Source: Salpingoeca rosetta (Eukaryota > Protista > Choanoflagellata). Taken from it: a DNA stretch of 11,481 nt. A program made the position numbers and the translations under genes. Below are positions 8,513 through 11,481 of this stretch, in pieces. The DNA is taken from assembly GCA_033442325.1 (NCBI GenBank), contig JAWQFM010000006.1:356850-368330 (forward strand), read 5' to 3'. The first letter of the stretch is position 1; each line of letters opens with the position of its first letter. The notes below the pieces were generated by a model. The model saw nothing but the letters and a program-made list of their open reading frames with translations, ran no database searches and was not told the origin of the DNA.

Positions 8513-8947
8513 GCCGCAGTCGTGCTCGATGAGGAGGTTGATTGGGTTGAACGAACGGATGGATGAGGGTGAAGATTGGAGAAAGAGGGCGAAGAGTGTG
8601 AGGAGGGGGACGATGACGGCGTGTCTGAATCAGACTTAGAAAGCAGGGGAACAGAGCGACGCCCTGTGAGCGGATGTGCGGATGTGTGGATATGCGTGTC
8701 TTGTTTTCTTGTTGCAGGTGCGTTGTACAGCTTCACATCAACATTCGCTGGGGTGATGCCATGGTTGCAGGCAGTGTTCGACAGAGAAATGAACACGGCC
8801 CTCTCCCGGTGTCGCCAACCTACAGACAGCATCGAGCGCGGCCGTGGCACCTCGGTGTCGTGAGTGGCGTGGCCGTGGCGTTGCACCACAACTCTACAAC
8901 CCCAAACACGAATGTTTGGCCCAGTGCGACTAAGGTCGCTTGCACTT

Positions 8948-8952
8948 GCGTG

Positions 8953-9011
<59 letters not shown>

Positions 9012-9126
9012 CGTCTGCTTGCTCGCCTGCACGCACCCTTGCTCTTCGCATATGCCTTGAGTTAAGTCTGGGAATCATGAAAGCAGAAAGGGAGGCCAGG
9101 CGCGACTCGTTGCCAAAAATCGAGTG

Positions 9127-9194
<68 letters not shown>
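8948..9194. repeat. Two (GT)n microsatellites (about 8948-9009 and 9129-9194)
   Basis: Direct. Confidence 0.95.
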
Positions 9195-9196
<2 letters not shown>

Positions 9197-9307
9197 CCGC
9201 GTGTCGGTGTTGACAACACTGTTGGTGTTTGTTTACAAGTCGTTCTGCGACAAACACAACAGAACAGAACACAACACGCACACGCACACACAGCGCCAAG
9301 GAAGGGG

Positions 9308-11061
9308 CTAATCGTCCATGAGGTTGAGCTTCCGGTTGTGCTCGCGCCGCTTGTTGTGCAGCTTCTTGAGCTCCACGGGGTTGATGGGCATGCCGCCAAT
9401 GCCCGCGTTCTTGCGCCGGCGCGCATCCCGCTTGAGCTCGTGCGATCGCGCTTTGCGCCGCAGCGCCTGAAGTAGAGGAGAATGGTGGGGTGAGCAACTG
9501 GCTGGCGCGGTATCGTGCAACGCAAAACAAAAGGGGCGTGCACAGTAGAGTCGGGCCAACCCCCTGTGCCTCTGATGAAGACGCGAACGCACACACACAC
9601 ACACACACACGCAGGCGCACACACACACACACATATTACACAGACGTGGGGGGGCGCACGCAGCACGCACAACACACATATGCGCACGCGCGTTTTTTCG
9701 TGTTTGGGAAGAGCTCGTTGTTTCTCGCTCCGGGCTCAGAAAACACTGGTGGTCGACTCCAAAAAATTTTCCAACAGGGGGTTCGACGCTACACAAGTGG
9801 TGTGTGGGTGGGATTCACCAACAAGGGGGTGTGGTGTGCCCCCCTCCCCCCGATGACTTTTTTCTTCTCACAATTACCCACATATAAAAAGCGACAGAAG
9901 AGAAACACGCGTCGGGATTTGGTTTTCTTTTTTTTCTTTGTGGTGGGGAATGGTGTTNNNNNNNNNNNNNNNNNNNNNNNNNNNNNNNNNNNNNNNNNNN
10001 NNNNNNNNNNNNNNNNNNNNNNNNNNNNNNNNNNNNNNNNNNNNNNNNNNNNNNNNNNNNNNNNNNNNNNNNNNNNNNNNNNNNNNNNNNNNNNNNNNNN
10101 NNNNNNNNNNNNNNNNNNNNNNNNNNNNNNNNNNNNNNNNNNNNNNNNNNNNNNNNNNNNNNNNNNNNNNNNNNNNNNNNNNNNNNNNNNNNNNNNNNNN
10201 NNNNNNNNNNNNNNNNNNNNNNNNNNNNNNNNNNNNNNNNNNNNNNNNNNNNNNNNNNNNNNNNNNNNNNNNNNNNNNNNNNNNNNNNNNNNNNNNNNNN
10301 NNNNNNNNNNNNNNNNNNNNNNNNNNNNNNNNNNNNNNNNNNNNNNNNNNNNNNNNNNNNNNNNNNNNNNNNNNNNNNNNNNNNNNNNNNNNNNNNNNNN
10401 NNNNNNNNNNNNNNNNNNNNNNNNNNNNNNNNNNNNNNNNNNNNNNNNNNNNNNNNNNNNNNNNNNNNNNNNNNNNNNNNNNNNNNNNNNNNNNNNNNNN
10501 NNNNNNNNNNNNNNNNNNNNNNNNNNNNNNNNNNNNNNNNNNNNNNNNNNNNNNNNNNNNNNNNNNNNNNNNNNNNNNNNNNNNNNNNNNNNNNNNNNNN
10601 NNNNNNTGTCACACGGGCCGTCGAGTTGTGTCGTGCTCACTTCCAGCACATCGCCTTCGCTCTTCTTATCCTCGTCATCATCGCCATTTGCATCGTCGTC
10701 GTTGGTGCTGGTGGTGTCTTTGCTGTGCTTGTTGCCCCTGACCTTGTTGCCCTTTGTCTTGCCCTTGTTGTTCTTCTTCCCTGTCTTCTTGGAGTCCTTC
10801 TTATCATCCTCACCATCCTCATCTCCATCCTCATCATCCTCATCCTCTTCCTGCTCTGCCTCCTTGCGTGCCTTGCTCCGCGCCTTTTCCGCCTTTGTGT
10901 GCGACAGCGCCACCGCCTCCTTCTCCAGCAGCTCCCGCGACTCCTCAACCGTCAGCCATCGCGGCTGCTCGTACATGCACACAATGTCCAGCGCAACCGC
11001 CCGCTGGCCGCTCACGGAACCGCAGAGCTACTCGTGCCGTGCCAACTTCTCGGCGTGGCAC
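9308..11061 (-). CDS. 3' part of an unidentified protein with acidic/Lys-rich low-complexity tracts and a basic C-terminus; exons 11061-(10607, runs into gap), probable ~9780-9688, and terminal 9466-9308
   Basis: Acceptor CACAG ends at 11062. High-GC3 frame: CHAEKLARHE*LCGSVSGQRAVALDIVCMYEQPRWL...EEDEDDED...KKDSKKTGKK. The terminal exon follows CTTCAG (9467): ALRRKARSHELKRDARRRKNAG...LNLMDD*. A phase-0 donor GTGCGC at 9687 matches it. In-frame TAG (11030-11028) and TGA (9738-9736) are present. Joining across the gap is inferred. Confidence 0.6.
9958..10606. other. Assembly gap (649 N)
   Basis: Direct. Confidence 1.
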
Positions 11062-11118
11062 CTGTGATTGTGTGTGTGTGTGTGTGATTGTGTGTGTGTG
11101 TGTGTGTTGCGTGGCGCT

Positions 11119-11481
11119 AAACATGCACGTGCCTGTTGCATAACTGGGGGAGGGGGAGACGAAACATGCACGTGCCTGTTGCATAACTGGGGGAGGGGGA
11201 GACGAAACATGCACGTGCCTGTTGCATAACTGGGGGAGGGGGAGACGAAACATGCACGTGCCTGTTGCATAACTGGGGGAGGGGGAGACGAAACATGCAC
11301 GTGCCTGTTGCATAACTGGGGGAGGGGGAGACGAAACATGCACGTGCCCGTTGCATAACTGGGGGAGGGGGAGACGAAACATGGGGGAGGGGGAGACGAA
11401 ACACGCACGTGCTTGTTGCATAACTGGTGGGGGGGGGAGACGAAACACGCACGTGCTTGTTGATAACTGGGGGGGGGGGGA
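11119..11481. repeat. 43-bp minisatellite AAACATGCACGTGCCTGTTGCATAACTGGGGGAGGGGGAGACG
   Basis: Six near-perfect units at 11119, 11162, 11205, 11248, 11291 and 11334. One 22-bp internally deleted unit at 11377. Two diverged units at 11399 and 11443, running off the window. Confidence 0.97.

Larger units (their letters stand above)
6025..8640 (+). pseudogene. IS630-Tc1-mariner superfamily DDE transposase (DD83E, Sailor-like), multi-exon, frame-disrupted in this assembly
   Basis: Exons ~6025-6302 and 6423-6492 splice (GTATGT...CAG, phase 2) into an HTH, AAQQLG|VGLSTVRRKY. Coding continues over 6686-6960, then from 7126. Catalytic motifs: VYLDESY (D at 7135), IIMDNAAYH (D at 7955), FSPPCYSDLNPIELVW (E at 8207), with 83 residues between D2 and E. 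Acidic tail after the gap. Frame breaks at about 6780 and 7579, and probably a compensating pair at about 6820-6858. Confidence 0.85.
6025..8640 (+). mobile_element. DNA transposon-derived sequence (ITm group); no terminal inverted repeats found
   Basis: Based on the transposase only. I could not find TIRs or a TA target duplication by eye, so the boundaries are just the coding span. Confidence 0.6.

Noticed and set aside
8666-8863. Extra exon after a possible 52-nt intron (GTGAGC 8666 to TTGCAG 8717)
   Set aside because: The splice signals are plausible, but no frame gives a recognisable product and the upstream frame is ambiguous.
5760-8950. TIRs, or a Fanzor/TnpB cargo gene associated with the ITm transposase
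   Set aside because: No inverted terminal match and no RuvC/zinc-ribbon motifs were found by eye. The internal gaps (100 and 195 N, sizes possibly nominal) appear too small, but they cannot be inspected.
8185-11067. Long 500-525 aa ORFs spanning N runs
   Set aside because: Artefacts of gaps and repeats being read as open frame.
11119-11481. CRISPR-like array
   Set aside because: Units are head-to-tail with no unique spacers, the context is eukaryotic, and there are no cas genes.

Overview
Eukaryotic, intron-rich, microsatellite-saturated genomic DNA with three assembly gaps (6586-6685, 8318-8512, 9958-10606). The style (GC-rich exons, CA/GT/CAA repeat-filled introns) resembles a choanoflagellate such as Salpingoeca rosetta, which is an inference. 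Manual splicing gives five loci. (1) A small two-exon Cys-rich, tail-anchored CYSTM-like gene (+, 684-1099). (2) A complete 8-exon P-type lectin / cation-dependent mannose-6-phosphate-receptor-like gene (+, 1628-4136, 328 aa). (3) A two-exon molybdopterin synthase sulfur-carrier subunit MOCS2A/MoaD (-, 4905-5567), preceded by a Kozak-context uORF overlapping its start. (4) An intron-containing, frame-disrupted IS630-Tc1-mariner transposase with DD83E (Sailor-like) spacing and two tandem CCHC zinc knuckles inserted inside the catalytic domain (+, ~6025-8640). (5) The 3' exons of an unidentified acidic/basic protein (-, 9308-11061), next to a 43-bp minisatellite rich in E-boxes and G-tracts. Most ORF-track entries are artefacts of dinucleotide repeats.
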